Positions 12,661-25,229 of a DNA stretch of 64,000 nucleotides are shown here, one piece after another. The DNA comes from Guillardia theta CCMP2712 (Eukaryota > Protista > Cryptophyta). The stretch is from contig NW_005434574.1 of the NCBI RefSeq assembly GCF_000315625.1, forward strand, positions 71,214-135,213. Direction: 5' to 3'. The notes beneath the pieces were generated by a model that made no database searches, had not been told where the DNA came from, and saw only the letters and a list, made by a program, of their open reading frames with translations. A program made the translations under genes and the position numbers. Within the stretch, counting starts at the first letter, position 1; every line of letters begins with the position of its first letter.

Positions 12661-14925
12661 GCTTCGGACCTGACCAACTGCCAATGCAAGAACATATCGA
12701 AAACCTGTCCGTTTGATTCATACATGATTGAAGAGATTAATATGACTTCCAGCATTCCATTCACCAAGCTCAGTGATAACGAAAACATCTACTGGAAATT
12801 TACCAACAAAGGCGACGATCAGACAGCCTACAGTGTCAACGTGACAGTGCCAACGCTGGTCACAATGCTGATCATTGCAGGCGGCGGTTCTGGCGGTGAC
12901 GCAGTGGGAAAGTACGTAGCTAGATCGCAAAGTGTCGGCGGTGGTGGAGCCGGTGGTGCGATACGCGCTACTGACGTCTGGCTGCCTGTTGGTCAGTATA
13001 CCGTGAAGGTTGGCAGGGGAGGAGTGAATGGAAATGGCATAGATAGCTCTTTAATCAGCGCCAATGCTAGCTACATAGCTATTGGTGGCGGAATGGGCGG
13101 ATGGTACGGTGTGAATGGCCAATTCGGTGGCTCTGGTGGCGGTGCCGGTGGAAGTTCAAGTGGTGGCGGAGGTGTTTCTGGACAAGGCTATCGTGGCACT
13201 CCCAGTAGCGGATTCGGCACAAGCGGAGGAGGTGGCGGCGCCGGTGGTTCTGGGCCTGCAGCGTATTCTAGTGCATACAATTCCAAACTTCCAGGCCCTT
13301 GTATCTATTCAGACATTACTGGAACTTTGCTGCCTTACGCGGCCGGAGGTAACGGTGGATCAGATGGCGATTTGGTCATATCTTGGAAGAATACAGTCAG
13401 CATGTGCGGCATCGGTGGCGTTGGTGGTTGGTCCGGTCACATAACTGGAACGAACGGAGCTCCGGATACTGGATCTGGCGGTGGTGGCGGTGGATTGTCA
13501 GGAGCAGTTGTCGCAGCGCCGAACATTAACGATCCGGGCGATACGCCTGAAGCATCAGGTAACGGAGGATCTGGCATTGTTATCATTCGTTCGGTATACT
13601 TCCGGTATTGTCAAACTTGTCCTGCTTCAAAGCCTAACGCTCCAGTCGGATCTACTGACCCATGCCACTGCCAGCGCTGTCCGCTTGATTCATTCGACGT
13701 TGGTGATACCTGCGTGAAGCGCTGCCCGGCCAATTCGAAGAAGCTGCCTACCGAATCTTACTTCAACTTTTCATGCGCCGCTTATCCTGGATTCTACCGC
13801 AATGGAAGCGACTTCCAGCGCTGTCCGATTGCAACCTACAAAGATACATATGCCAACACGCCCTGCCTTGCCTGCCCGCTTGGCACGTATTCCAACATCG
13901 AACAGAGCACTTTCTGTAGGGATTGTCCAGTTGGTTACTACACAGTTTCAACGGGCTCTTCGGTGTGTGTTTCCTGTCCCACCTATTTCACTACAGTCGG
14001 CAACGGAAGCAAGAGCTACGACTACTGCGTTTGTCAACCTGGCTTTTCCCGTAAGGATTATGCAAGTTGCGCCTGTAGTCCGGGCTATACATTCGATGGC
14101 AATTCAAGCTGCAAAACTTGTGCTGTCGGATACTACAAAGATCACATTGGTTTTGATAACTGTACTGCCTGCGGTCAATACTTCAATACTGCGGGACAGG
14201 GCAGTCCCAGCTTTGATAACTGCACCTGCATTTCGAACTTCGTGAAAGAAGGAGATCAATGTCTTTGTGATATTAGATTCTATCACCAGAGCGGTGCTAC
14301 ATTTTGTACGGTCTGCGCAGGTGGAAGCTACAAGAATGTCAAAAGCTTAGCAAACTGCTCTATTTGCGGAGCTGGAAAGTATTCCGACAGTGGAGCTTCA
14401 GTCTGTATCAATTGCCCTATCAACACGTTGAACGGCGGGAATGGATCGGGTCTATGCAGCTGCGCTTCAGGTTGTGGATATGGCTCTTACTGGGATATAT
14501 CTTCCAGTCAGTGTGTCATTTGCCCTGTTGGAAAGGTCAGCCCTGCTTACGGAATAGCTAACAGCGGTACGTGCGATACCAGCAGCGTCTGTGCCGCAAA
14601 TACATACTTGTCTGCAGGAATCTGTATCGCCTGCCCTTCTGATAAACCGTATTCGCCTGCTGGCTCTACGAACAAATGCTTCTGTACTGAAAATCAGTGT
14701 ATCGAAACGTTTTGCAACGCCTACCAATACTATAATGGAACTTCTAGCCAGTGCCTGATGTGCGCACAGGGATTCATGCCGTTCACTTTTAGCCCTTTCG
14801 TTAATTTCCACTCTTCTTTTCGAGAAAGTTTTTTTGGGGTGGCGTGTGAATTCAAACAAGTTTTCAACGGCAGCAAGAGATACCTCCAAAGAGTACCAGT
14901 GCAGTTTAGTTATCATTTCTGCTAG
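12661..14925 (+). pseudogene. 3' segment: Gly-rich domain + GCC2/GCC3 repeats; truncated or degenerate end
   Basis: ORF 12595..14925, frameshifted relative to the previous segment; LIIAGGGSGG...GGGGAGG...VGRGG...GNGGSGIVIIR (~12790-13595); Cys pattern lost after ~14775. Confidence 0.7.
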
Positions 14926-14929
14926 GCCT

Positions 14930-16700
14930 TTACATGTATTTTAACTTTCATTTCAGAGGGTTGAAATGTTTTCAACATCGTACACGCCCGACTCATGTCT
15001 CCCCTACACGCCGGCACGTAGCACCAAAGCTGCTCCTCCAACGATGCCGCTGTAAGACCATCCGCTGCTGTAGCCAGCATCAGATCTCAGCATGCAAGGC
15101 TTTGTTAGGTTTGAAGCTCTCTAGTCAGCACAGTTTGAGACCTGAGACCGCTAGGTTCGTGGTGATGCGTTCGGTGACAACACAGTGTGCAGCAATGGCG
15201 TTGTGAGATCCATGGTTCAAAAGGTTATTATGAAGAACAAGATGATGAAAACATGAGGTTTGAATCCAGTGTAGGAGATCGCTTGTCATTTTGACTTGAC
15301 ACCAACCTTATGGCAGAATAATCATAAGATACTTCCCTGTGATGAATGATTTTTGAATTGCATATTTTCCACATGCGATGCCTTGAAGATTTGTTTGATG
15401 GAGATTGCATCATTTTGCAGATCCACGTAATTAGTCAAGCTCACTTGTTATATTAGACATCAAGCATTGCATAGATTGTTTCACAAGATTTCTGCATGCA
15501 TTTCGCCTACTGCAGTTAGGATGTTTGATTGCATGTAAACACTGATGCCGCCAGAGGCAATCAAGACGTCTTAAGCCTTGAACACCGTCGAGAGTCTCCA
15601 CTTCTCAGATTTGCAGAGTGTGTTGATTTCTTGATGCGTGGGATTAGTTTTGAGCGTTCATCTAGCTGTGATGTCGGACATTTGAACCGTCAACACAGTA
15701 TGCACACATGTATTATTTGTTCTATTGTGAAATAAAGTGATCTCAGTCTTGCATTCGAGGCCATGCTAAAGAGCATTTCTGTATCTTCTTTCATTTCACA
15801 TAAATGCAGAATGCATGCAGGGGTTGAATGATGATGAAAACATCGCTTCCCCTGTAGACCATTCCGACTCACTGTAAGCTTGGGATCGACATCAAAAGTG
15901 GTAGTGATCTGATTGCAGAAATCTTTATACATTCATGAGGTATCATTCTTTGCAATAATCTCATTACAATGACAACCGCAAGTAGCATCAAATACATGTT
16001 CAATGGTCAGCACAATAAGCCTCACATTGGTTTCTTCGTTGTGCCTGCATAGCAGAGATACATCAAAAAGTTGCAAATAAACCTAATTATGCACAATGTA
16101 TGCTTGTAGCTCTAGTAAGCCACATTGATTGCTGTAGGATTCTCATCCTGTGGTTGAAACAGACTTTCCATGTCGCCACAGCTACGTGGAGCATGTTGAT
16201 CCTTGAGCATCTTGAATGCATGCTCAAGCAGAAATAATGTGAAGATGTTGCTTTTGAGGATCTGAACTGCAATTACTTGAATTTTTCTAGCATATTTGCA
16301 AGATTGGAGTGCATGAAAGCACCTCATTTGCAAACTGATGGTGCAGCATTGTAAACCATACTTCCTCTCTGAATCCTCATACATACGGCTCTCATGCTTG
16401 AAACAACGAATAAGAGAGCAGAAAAGGTGTATTCATCTTTTTCAATGTATTCTAAAGACATCTTCATTCCTAGACAGCTTTCTCTGTCATGCAGTCATGT
16501 AAGAGAAGCGGAATTCAAAACTTTCTTTCAAAGTCAGAGACTAAGAAAAGGTCTTAGTCTATCTACATGGATACATTAGACGATTAAATTCTCATCCACA
16601 TTCAAGCAGCAATAGATTCGAAGCCTCTCACCATGATGACTTGTCGTTGCATGCGGGTGAAGGATCAAGCAGCCATCTCTTGCTTGCCCAGGGAGGGGGG
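14930..16700. other. AT-rich, CpG-poor, TG/CA-rich decayed sequence (probable old TE or pseudogene relic)
   Basis: Only short broken ORFs; abundant tgca/catg and few CG by eye, in sharp contrast to the adjacent gene. Confidence 0.4.
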
Positions 16701-17260
16701 ATTTGGGGAGAGGAGAGTGGAGATAGCACCCTACCCCCTATTTCCCAATTTCAAACTCTTGAATCAAAGGGTAGTTTTGTATTCTTTGCTAGCTACCCAC
16801 CCCGCCTTTCGTAAAGGTGATGAAGGGGAACCGGGGGTATTGGCGTGGTGAGCTCAAACGGCAATCGAAATGCCTTCTTTTCCATTAGCACCCCCACGTA
16901 CCGTGATACAGTGAAATGCACGGGTATGAGAGAATCTTTCGGTCCTCTACCCCTCCAGACAAAGGAAGTCACTAGGGTGGAGGCTTATTCGAGACGCCTG
17001 TCGAAACCACTTTAAAAGAATAGTACAGACTGTACCAGAGGCACTTCATCCGTACATAGATGTGTACGATTGAAGCGCTGACTAAACAATTAAAATGAAG
17101 TGCTTCAAAAAGTAAGGCGGGGGACAGGGTACCACGCCAGTATAATTCAAATCACCCCACCCTACTTTATCCCTGTCTCACTACCCCCCAGTAATAGAGC
17201 AAAAACCGGGGTAGCTGAATGGAAGTGTATATATGAACCCCTTCCCAAGGAGAAAAAAAA
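16690..17260. other. TACCCC/GGGGTA-word-rich intergenic tract
   Basis: Repeated ctacccc, ggggta and ggtacc words; similar tracts at 17960-18430, 21360-21480, 30700-31170, 48770-49300, 59560-60400. Confidence 0.55.
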
Positions 17261-17339
17261 GACCAATTTTGCTAGAGCCTGCATATGGCCTTGTGAACGG
17301 CATGGATAACACCGCAGTACAAGGATTTGTCGAATTTGA

Positions 17340-17410
17340 ACGTCGGTTCGTGCAAAGCCCCTTATGGCTGTCCAAATAACACATACAAAGAACCCGCTGG
17401 CAGCGGCTCA
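17340..17410 (+). pseudogene. Orphan fragment of a GCC2/GCC3 Cys repeat
   Basis: Encodes GSCKAPYGCPNNTYKEPAGSG, resembling CPFNTYKSERGSGSC in the giant gene. Confidence 0.4.
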
Positions 17411-18798
17411 GCGGCTTGGCACCGTCCGCACGACGGGCGGGGCCCCGGCCCACTGCCGGACTCAAGCCCAGGCTCCGCCGGGGCCTCCGGGAGTCCGGCC
17501 GCCGCCGCGTGACAGTCGTGACGGTCCGACGGTCGGAGGCTCCCGCCCGGGGCCGGCGCCGGGGCCGCTCACGCCGCCAAGAGTTAGTGGTTTCGGAAGT
17601 TCAGACTTGGCCACGGGTGACATTAAACTAGGCTGAAACTTCGATATTCGAAAGGCTTTGCAGGAAGTTTATTGAATATTTATTGTTCTGTGATTATGCA
17701 CCGGGAGAGTTTATTGTTTAATTTATATTCTCACTTTACTTCGACTTGTTGCATGATAAGCTGTGGTTTGCTGTCAGGAATCTTCTCCTCCCCATACACT
17801 TGCAACGTTTCATTTTAAATAAGTTTTTGTAAGCCTCCAAAGACCCCAAAGATAGTTTTTTCAATATATTTGTTTGCCCCTGGTTCTGAAAGAGTGTATT
17901 CCTGGGGCTTTTCATCCTAGTTTTGAAATATAAATATACAAATATGTTTTAAAGATCCTCTTCCCCCGAGATACCCTGGCCTCCTACACCACCGTTGAGA
18001 GACTCCACCCTACGAATCAAATGCACCACCCCTATCGTTCTTGCTCTAGTGCACCACCCTTCATGTACCCCACTGCCTCATCTATTTACATATTCTATCA
18101 AAACTAAATTTGATCAAGTCGGGGTCTTCTTCGAAATTTTATCCCCACGACTACCCTTATCTCCAACGGGAGGTGTACTGATACCACCACCACCCCCTCT
18201 CTGTACCTCTCCTCAATACGCCCCCCCTTTCTATGATTAGGTACCACCAACCTCGTCCTCCTATGTTGGACTACCCCCTTGTTATGATCTCCGTTCATTA
18301 CCACCCCCTTCTCAACAAGAGAGCATCACTGAGTACCGGTACGTTTTATTATTTTCTGAACCCCTGCCTGCAGGCAAATTTGTGTAGTTGTAGGGGTACC
18401 TGATAGTACCCGTGGTGGCTTCACCCCCATTGTTGATCCAGAGATCGATTTTTGCTGGCGAAATAAGAGGCGACGAAGGAGAAGCAAGAGAGAAGAAACA
18501 AGAGTCAAGAATTTGACACAACAACAACAAGAAGAAGAGAATCGAAGACAACAAGATCAGAGCAAAGAATGGCACAAGTAGAAGAGGTAAACACAAGACC
18601 CTGTGCGCGATGTTTCCCTTGTGCTTTGTTTCTGTTTGTTGAATCGCAATTTTGCAACGCGACTAGTAACGATTTGCTACTATTTTCTCATATAAGAACA
18701 TGGCAGTCATTTGCTGTCCTCTCAATCCCTCGATTTGTCATCTCCTGTAGCCCCCAAGATTCTTTTCTCAACATGAACTTGTCGATCATCCGATCTTG

Positions 18799-19341
18799 AT
18801 GTCAAATGACTCCGTTTGTCAGTGGTCGGAACTTTCCAAGTTTGAGAGCTGGAAGAAATCTCCGGAGAGGAGCGAGCTGTTCAAGGCAGCTGAGCTCATG
18901 GTGGAAGAAGACCTTTGGGAGGATTCCGAAGATCGTTCAAACTTGTTCCAGTTCGCCAAGATTCTGGTCCAGGAGGACGAGTGGGAGGGCAGCCAGGACC
19001 GCAGTGATCAGTTCAAAGTGGCCAAGATTCTTGCGGAGGACGAGGAATGGACTAGATCGAGCTTGAGGAGCGAGCTCTTTCTCTCGTGCTACATTGACAT
19101 CTCGGAGGAGGAGTGGGAGCATGAGGAGACGAGGTCGGAACTCTTCAAGGAAGTAGCATGTTCGCACCCATCCGCTCTCGAAGAAGGTATTGCGGATGGG
19201 CCACAGCTCTGCATGGCCAGCTCAGCCATGCCCAATGGCCCCACGTTATTTGCCAGCCCCGTTGAACCGCAGAATGCATACCTAGAAGGAGCTTGCATGC
19301 AGGCACTTGAGGAGATCATCATCGAAAGGTGTGAACATTGA
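18799..19341 (+). CDS. Acidic hypothetical protein with five ~22-aa tandem repeats (W..S.DRS(E/D)LFK.A.I...E)
   Basis: ATG at 18799, single ORF, visible periodic repeat, coding-like codon usage. Confidence 0.7.
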   Translation: MSNDSVCQWSELSKFESWKKSPERSELFKAAELMVEEDLWEDSEDRSNLFQFAKILVQEDEWEGSQDRSDQFKVAKILAEDEEWTRSSLRSELFLSCYIDISEEEWEHEETRSELFKEVACSHPSALEEGIADGPQLCMASSAMPNGPTLFASPVEPQNAYLEGACMQALEEIIIERCEH

Positions 19342-19859
19342 CTTTTAATGCGAGTGCCTTTGTCAGTTGTCGTCTTGATTTTCCTCACTCTTGTCGTGTG
19401 TTCTCTTCCTCAGCACTGTTTTTTTTTGTTGTCTGCTTCTTCTGGGAACATCTCTTGACGAATGGTTTGGCAGGGGTGAACCAGCATGTGGCGTAATGGA
19501 GCTGAAACTGCACAAGCACTCGCCAAACAACGTGGCGGAGTTGCCCTTCCATGCACCGCCTGCGCTATCGCTGCTTCCTGCATGCTAAACGAAGCTGCGT
19601 GGACCATTGGAGCATAGAAACACTACCTGTTGTGTGCCTGTTTTGCTTGGCCGTGTCCGATTAACACATTGATTGTCATCGTTTTGAAGTTTGGATGATG
19701 TGGTGAAGGATATTTGCTATGTACCTTAGATTTTTCTATCCTTTGAATGCAAAACAAAAAATATAGTTGATACACTACAATTAACAAGGTTGCTGGTGAA
19801 CTTAGGTTCTGTAATCGATGTTCGATCTTGCGTTGAATTTCTCTTTCTCCTTACTCACG

Positions 19860-21172
19860 AGGATCGTCATCATCGTACCAATCCGGATCCTGCAAGGGAA
19901 ATAAGAAATTGTTGATGCACACTAGATCAGGCCCAGGAGAAGTACAGAGCAAGGGGACAAGAGCAATGAGAGACACAACCGCAATGCATCTAAACAAGCC
20001 AATGATGCACATCACATTGAATGAACATATAGTCAACGAGCAACAAGTCTGAAGACAAGACTGAAATACTGCGTAGAATCGAACAACGAGACCGACACAA
20101 CCGATCAAGGAGGAGCGCGCACACCGAACCTCACAAACAAGGGGAGCACATCGTAAAGAGCAAGCCAACATACCTCTCTGGGCTCATAAGAGTGCTTCCA
20201 CATCTGCCACGGCTCGATCAACGTTCCGCTTTTGTCTTCTTGAATGTAATTCCCTGCTGGCTGCCTGTACTGCAGCTCTGGGTCCGCTCCCTCCAGCGCA
20301 GAGGCATAATCAATCCAGGCAACGTCCGCGTTGGGTGATGGGGGAGGGAGCTCTACTTCAACCTCCTCCTCCTCCTCGCCCTCCGCGTTACCCGTCTCGT
20401 TCGGTTCTGATACAGAAGGCAGATCCCCGTCAACTGGCAGAGATTCCGATGGCTCTTCCTCCAGAACCACAAAGTTCCTCGGGGCCTCCCTCAACGCAGC
20501 CTCAGCCTTGACATTCATTGCCCGCTGCTTGAAGTACAGCAGCTCCTTCCTGCCAACCTTGGCCGGTCTCATTCCCTCCAGCGTGAAGTATCTGTCTTGC
20601 GGTGCTCTGAAGCTATCGATGTACTTACATCCCTCCAACACATCGAACCCATAGCAACGGTCGGAGAGCTTTCCATACGCCGAGAAGATGGAAGCCGCGC
20701 AAGTCTCGGGGCACCCGACATTCTTCATATGTTGATAGCAGTCGCAATCATCCGGAGTCGGCTTCCTCCCCCTCAGCATGTCCATGCCAGGTGGCATTGT
20801 CGACAGGCAGAACTTGAAATGGTCGAAGCACACGTCCTCGAACTTCCCGCAGCTTGTCTCCTGCAGGCCAACACCCACAGCCCCACACCCACCAGGACGG
20901 TCACATCCGAGCGCTCTGCTCTCCCAGTCTGGACCCCAGTTGAGACAGTCCCATCCCCCCCAGTTCACGCCTTTGCCTCCTGCTCCGCTCGCTGCTACCT
21001 CCTGCTTCAGTGCCATGACGGGCCGAACACGTCGACCATCCATGAAGCCCGCCAAGTTGTCCTGCATGAGAGAGGATGGAGAGGTTTTGTTTCCCACAAG
21101 GAGCATGACAACGAGGAGCATGGTCGCTCCTGCCAGCGCTCCGGCTGCTCTCCGCCGCCAACCCATAGACAT
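19860..21172 (-). CDS. Spliced gene for an N-terminally anchored or secreted Cys-containing protein; 3' exons probably continue below 19860
   Basis: ATG 21172, hydrophobic ALAGATMLLVVMLLVG; donor AG|GTATG at 20173, acceptor cttgcag at 19890, then exon DPDWYDDDDP and a GTGAGT donor. Confidence 0.7.
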
Positions 21173-21515
21173 TGTGTCGGCAAGCCAGGGAAACTTGGCG
21201 AATGAATTTCAAGATATACATGAAACTTGGTGCTCTAATTTCAAATATTCAAAAACATTTAAGGAATCGTGTAGAATTTTCACGCCAATTACAGATTCTT
21301 TCCCCAAGAGTCAAGTGGGTTCATCCAGCTTCTGCGGAGCACTCCAAGGAGGCGGGCCCACCAATTTACATGAGTAGGGGTATTTTTGACCGAAAACAGG
21401 GGGTAGCATGGTACTTTGAATTCCAGTCATGTGGGTGGGTCCTTCATAGCATTTTGTTCTCTCGAAGAAGGGTAGGGTAGTTGTGCGGTGCGAAGAGGCG
21501 TCCAAGGTCTGCGCC

Positions 21516-23790
21516 ATGGCACGGGACGAGGGGTACGGCGCCATGGCGCGAGGAGGAGGCGCGGCTGAGGAAGGAGGAAGGATCGTTACGACACGATGGT
21601 CGCTGATGGCATCGAGGAGGAGGACGCTGATGGTGCTCGGTGCCCTTGGAGTCGTGTGCCTGGTGTGGGCTCATGCAATGGCCGGGAGGTTGGTGTACGG
21701 TCGGACTCGGCTGCTTCAAATCGGCGGTGGGTTTGACGTGGCAGGAGTATGGTGGAAGAAGATCGCACCAAGCAAGGGAAGCATTCGCAAGGAAGCTCTG
21801 AAGATGGTGAAGGAGATGAAGCAGGATGAGCAGCTTGAGAAGGAGGTGAAAGGAATCCAGAGCGCTGAAGCGAAAGCAAGGGCTGTGCTCCATGGAAACT
21901 CAGGCGGAAGGATGATGGAGCTGCATGAGACTAGTGGGAAGGGAATGGATGACCTTGGCATTAACGTTCCAAGTTTGAAACATTTCCAAAAAGCAGCAGC
22001 TTCGGGGGATTACTATCAACGCAAATACCGATATGGCGACTCCGCCAACAAGGCTGAGGACACGAAGGCAGGCGACAAGAAGAACTCAAAGCTGCTCGAG
22101 CCAGGTTCCTACCCTGCCGTTGGCTTCCCGTGGGCTCAGACCAGCATCGACACCGCCTACTCTAACGGCCCAGCCAAGACCTTCGACACGCCACCTGACG
22201 TCACTTGCCCGCGTTTCATCCCCAACTGCAACCCGCAGCTCAACACGTTGAAGAGCTGCGACGCGAGCTGTGGTGCCTTCTGTCAGGCCCTCCGAGCCGA
22301 TGGGCCCTGCCTGTCCGGAGACTCCGAGGGCGAATGGCGAAACTGCAAGTTCGGGTACCGTGGAGCCAAGAGCACGCCGTCGTCGGAGGATGAGGAGAGC
22401 GGGTGGCTGGAGGCGCCTGAGAAGTGGGAGGTAGGAGGTCCTACAGACTGCATGACGTGCCCAGTTGGGTTCAAGGTTCTTCCGATGTACGGTGATGGGA
22501 CGGGGAAGTGCGTGCCGTGCGAGGAGGGATGGGTAGATCCTGAGACGGGAATCATCACGGAGGAAGGGTGCCGAGGGGGGCAGTATGCGGTCTTGAAGGC
22601 AGGGGAGGAGCCAGGTCAGAAGGAGGGCACTGAAGACTTTGGGATGCTTGCGGGATGCTTCTCGACCTCGGAGCTTCCTGCCGACGGCTCACAGATCCTG
22701 GCCAAGATCCCAGACGAAGTCAAAGAGACTCCGTTTTTTGAGGGGTATCCTGGCGACTACTACCCGGCACAGGTGAGCTTGCGTCCTCTCAGCTGTAGGG
22801 AGCGCTGAGTTGACGTCTGAACTCCTCCAGGTGATGGGATACGATGCAGACGAAGACAAGCTTGCGATCAAGTTCGACGATGGGGGACCCTTCGTCCCGC
22901 TCTCAGAGGGGATTTCTGCCAAAGTCGGAGATGACTTTGTGCCCATTCCCAAGACAGGAGATAAAGTTACCATCTCTCAAGCCTACTGGGACGACTGCTG
23001 CTCCGAGGAGTACGACCCTTCCATCAGTGGGCCCCTCATGCTCGGAGGTAATATGAGCCCTCCTCCTCCTCCTCCTCCTCCTGCTTCCCTCACTTCCCTT
23101 GTTTCCGAGCTGACCAGTCTCGGATGGAGCAGATGTAGGAGAGGTCACCTCCTCCCTCCCTCCAGAGGCCAACGAGGCTGCTCCCTACACCGTCCTCGCT
23201 CCAAACGGAGTCAGATGGATGTACAGTGCTGGAGAAATTCTCCCCGTGATAGGAGAGGTCAAGTGCTCCCTTCCCGGTCTTGTCCACATCAACACTGTGG
23301 GGCCGGTAAGTGTGCCTGCCCTGGCATGCTTCCTGCCTTGACGAGCTCCTGCAGGAGATGAACACGCTGAAGGAGGTTGAAGAGCCCCCTGCTGGGATGA
23401 CGGCCCTCCCCGAGGACCCGGAGTGCTGCTGCTGCACTCGAGACCTTTGGGTGAGGCGTGCTGTGTAGGAGGAGAAGATGGCGCTGGGGCTGATGTGACT
23501 TCAGGTGGGATGCTGGGGCTGGTGTGGCGACCAAACGGTCGCTCCTCCCATCTTGAGTCGATCGGTGAGTCCGAGGACGTGAGCGCGAAGTCGTTGGTCG
23601 TTGACCCGCGAGCAGGCGCCGCACTTCCGTGCTGGGTACGGAGCGAAGCCTGGGGAGGTAGGGGGGCCGGGTCGAGGAGAGTACCCGATGCAAGAGCCTC
23701 CCATGTGAGGGTCGCGCGCTCGCTGGATGGCGCAGCAGTGAAGCCTCGGAGGAGACGCTTGCTGTTCGTCTTGTAGTTTTAATCAGGCTC
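21516..23790 (+). CDS. Multi-exon type II membrane/secreted Cys-rich protein, function unknown
   Basis: TM segment LMVLGALGVVCLVWAHA; short introns with donors at 22772, 23048, 23306 and further ones to ~23740; 3' end approximate. Confidence 0.7.
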
Positions 23791-25229
23791 AACACTTCTC
23801 CTGTCAAACAAACAAACTCAAAACACTTTCAAGTCCTCGAGCCTCCAACTTTCTTGATCTCAGCTAGTGGAGCACTCAACATGTTCTTGAGCAACAGTTG
23901 TAAGACCTGAGGGTCATGATCATTATGCTACACTGTTGACGAGTAGAGGGTCGACATCGACCATGAATGATTTATGATCAACAAAGATTCCTTACAGGCA
24001 GTTAAAATGAAGCAGAAGCTGCGAGCACGACTCCGATGTCAACAAACATGATATGCTTCAGGGCTGAGATAAACAGCTTTCACCCTCAGAAGACATTCGA
24101 ATGTCGAAACGTCGAGCTGCACATGAAGATGATGAGCTGCGTCTGAAGCAACAGAGTGAAGTCCTCCTCCTTGTAGATGAAGCAGAAGCCGTCCATCCTT
24201 CCTGTGCTGCGACTTCTCTGCCGCACTGCGCGACTGCTATCCTGGACAACAAGAGTGTTGTGATAGGGTCACCTGGTCGACATGCTCCAAGAGTCTTCTT
24301 GCATCATGATCGGTTCGTCCCATCCTTTTCATCACACTCAGACATGATAGCATTGATGCACATAGCCAGACTTCTTCGACATGTTCTACGACAAGACCAC
24401 CTCCGCTAGGTTAACATCCGTCAGATCGCACCATTGGTTTGAATACAGGCAGCTGCTGTACAACGGAATTTCATTTTGTCTCCCACGAGTGAGGAAACAA
24501 TGCAGCTAGGAGTTGTTGTAATTTGCAACGTTGGCAATCATTGCATCTTTAGTCGCATCCCAAGTAAAGTTTCCTTTCACTGCAAGGAGACAGGCAGACC
24601 ATGAAAAGATGCTAAACAACACACGAGGAATCTTCGCTGAACAAAGTCTTGGTCTGTGTTGCTCCTAACTCACAACCAGTGGATTTGAACCTACCTCGAT
24701 TTTCTCAACACGTCAGAGCTTGAAAGCGGTTGGTTCAATCCATCGAGCTCATTGGGCAGGTTTCTGGAGAGTATGGAGCACAGGAATCAGCTCCCTCCTC
24801 CCTTGAGCTCTTCATTGCATGCTGTTCGCTCCTTCTCTCCTAGACGACTGTACGTCCCAATATGGCCGGTAGCAGTCAGAGCAACGATTCTCCTTGGATA
24901 CGATCACACGTGCTGAGCATTCCTGGCAGCCAGAAGGAGTGATCAAGACGCTCCCGTCTCTCCTTGCGGTAACAGAGGATCGTCCAGCATCGCGCAAAGA
25001 AGGGGCTCGAATGTCACGGAATCAATCCAAGATGTTGAGGTTGAGGTAGCCACAAATGGAGCAGAATCCCTTCCAAAAGGAAACATTCAAGTTGTAATCA
25101 CTAGAAGCTTTAGATCAACGCTTCCTTAGAGAACAAGACTGCAACTTACCGACGAGAAGCACTCAGTCACGAATAAGGGGGAAGGAAGGACGGAAGGAAC
25201 AGGAATGGGAGGATGGATTGGGGAGGAGC

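Noticed and set aside
23950-25160. Possible multi-exon minus-strand gene
   Set aside because: Splice-like signals are present, but I could not assemble a convincing reading frame or product
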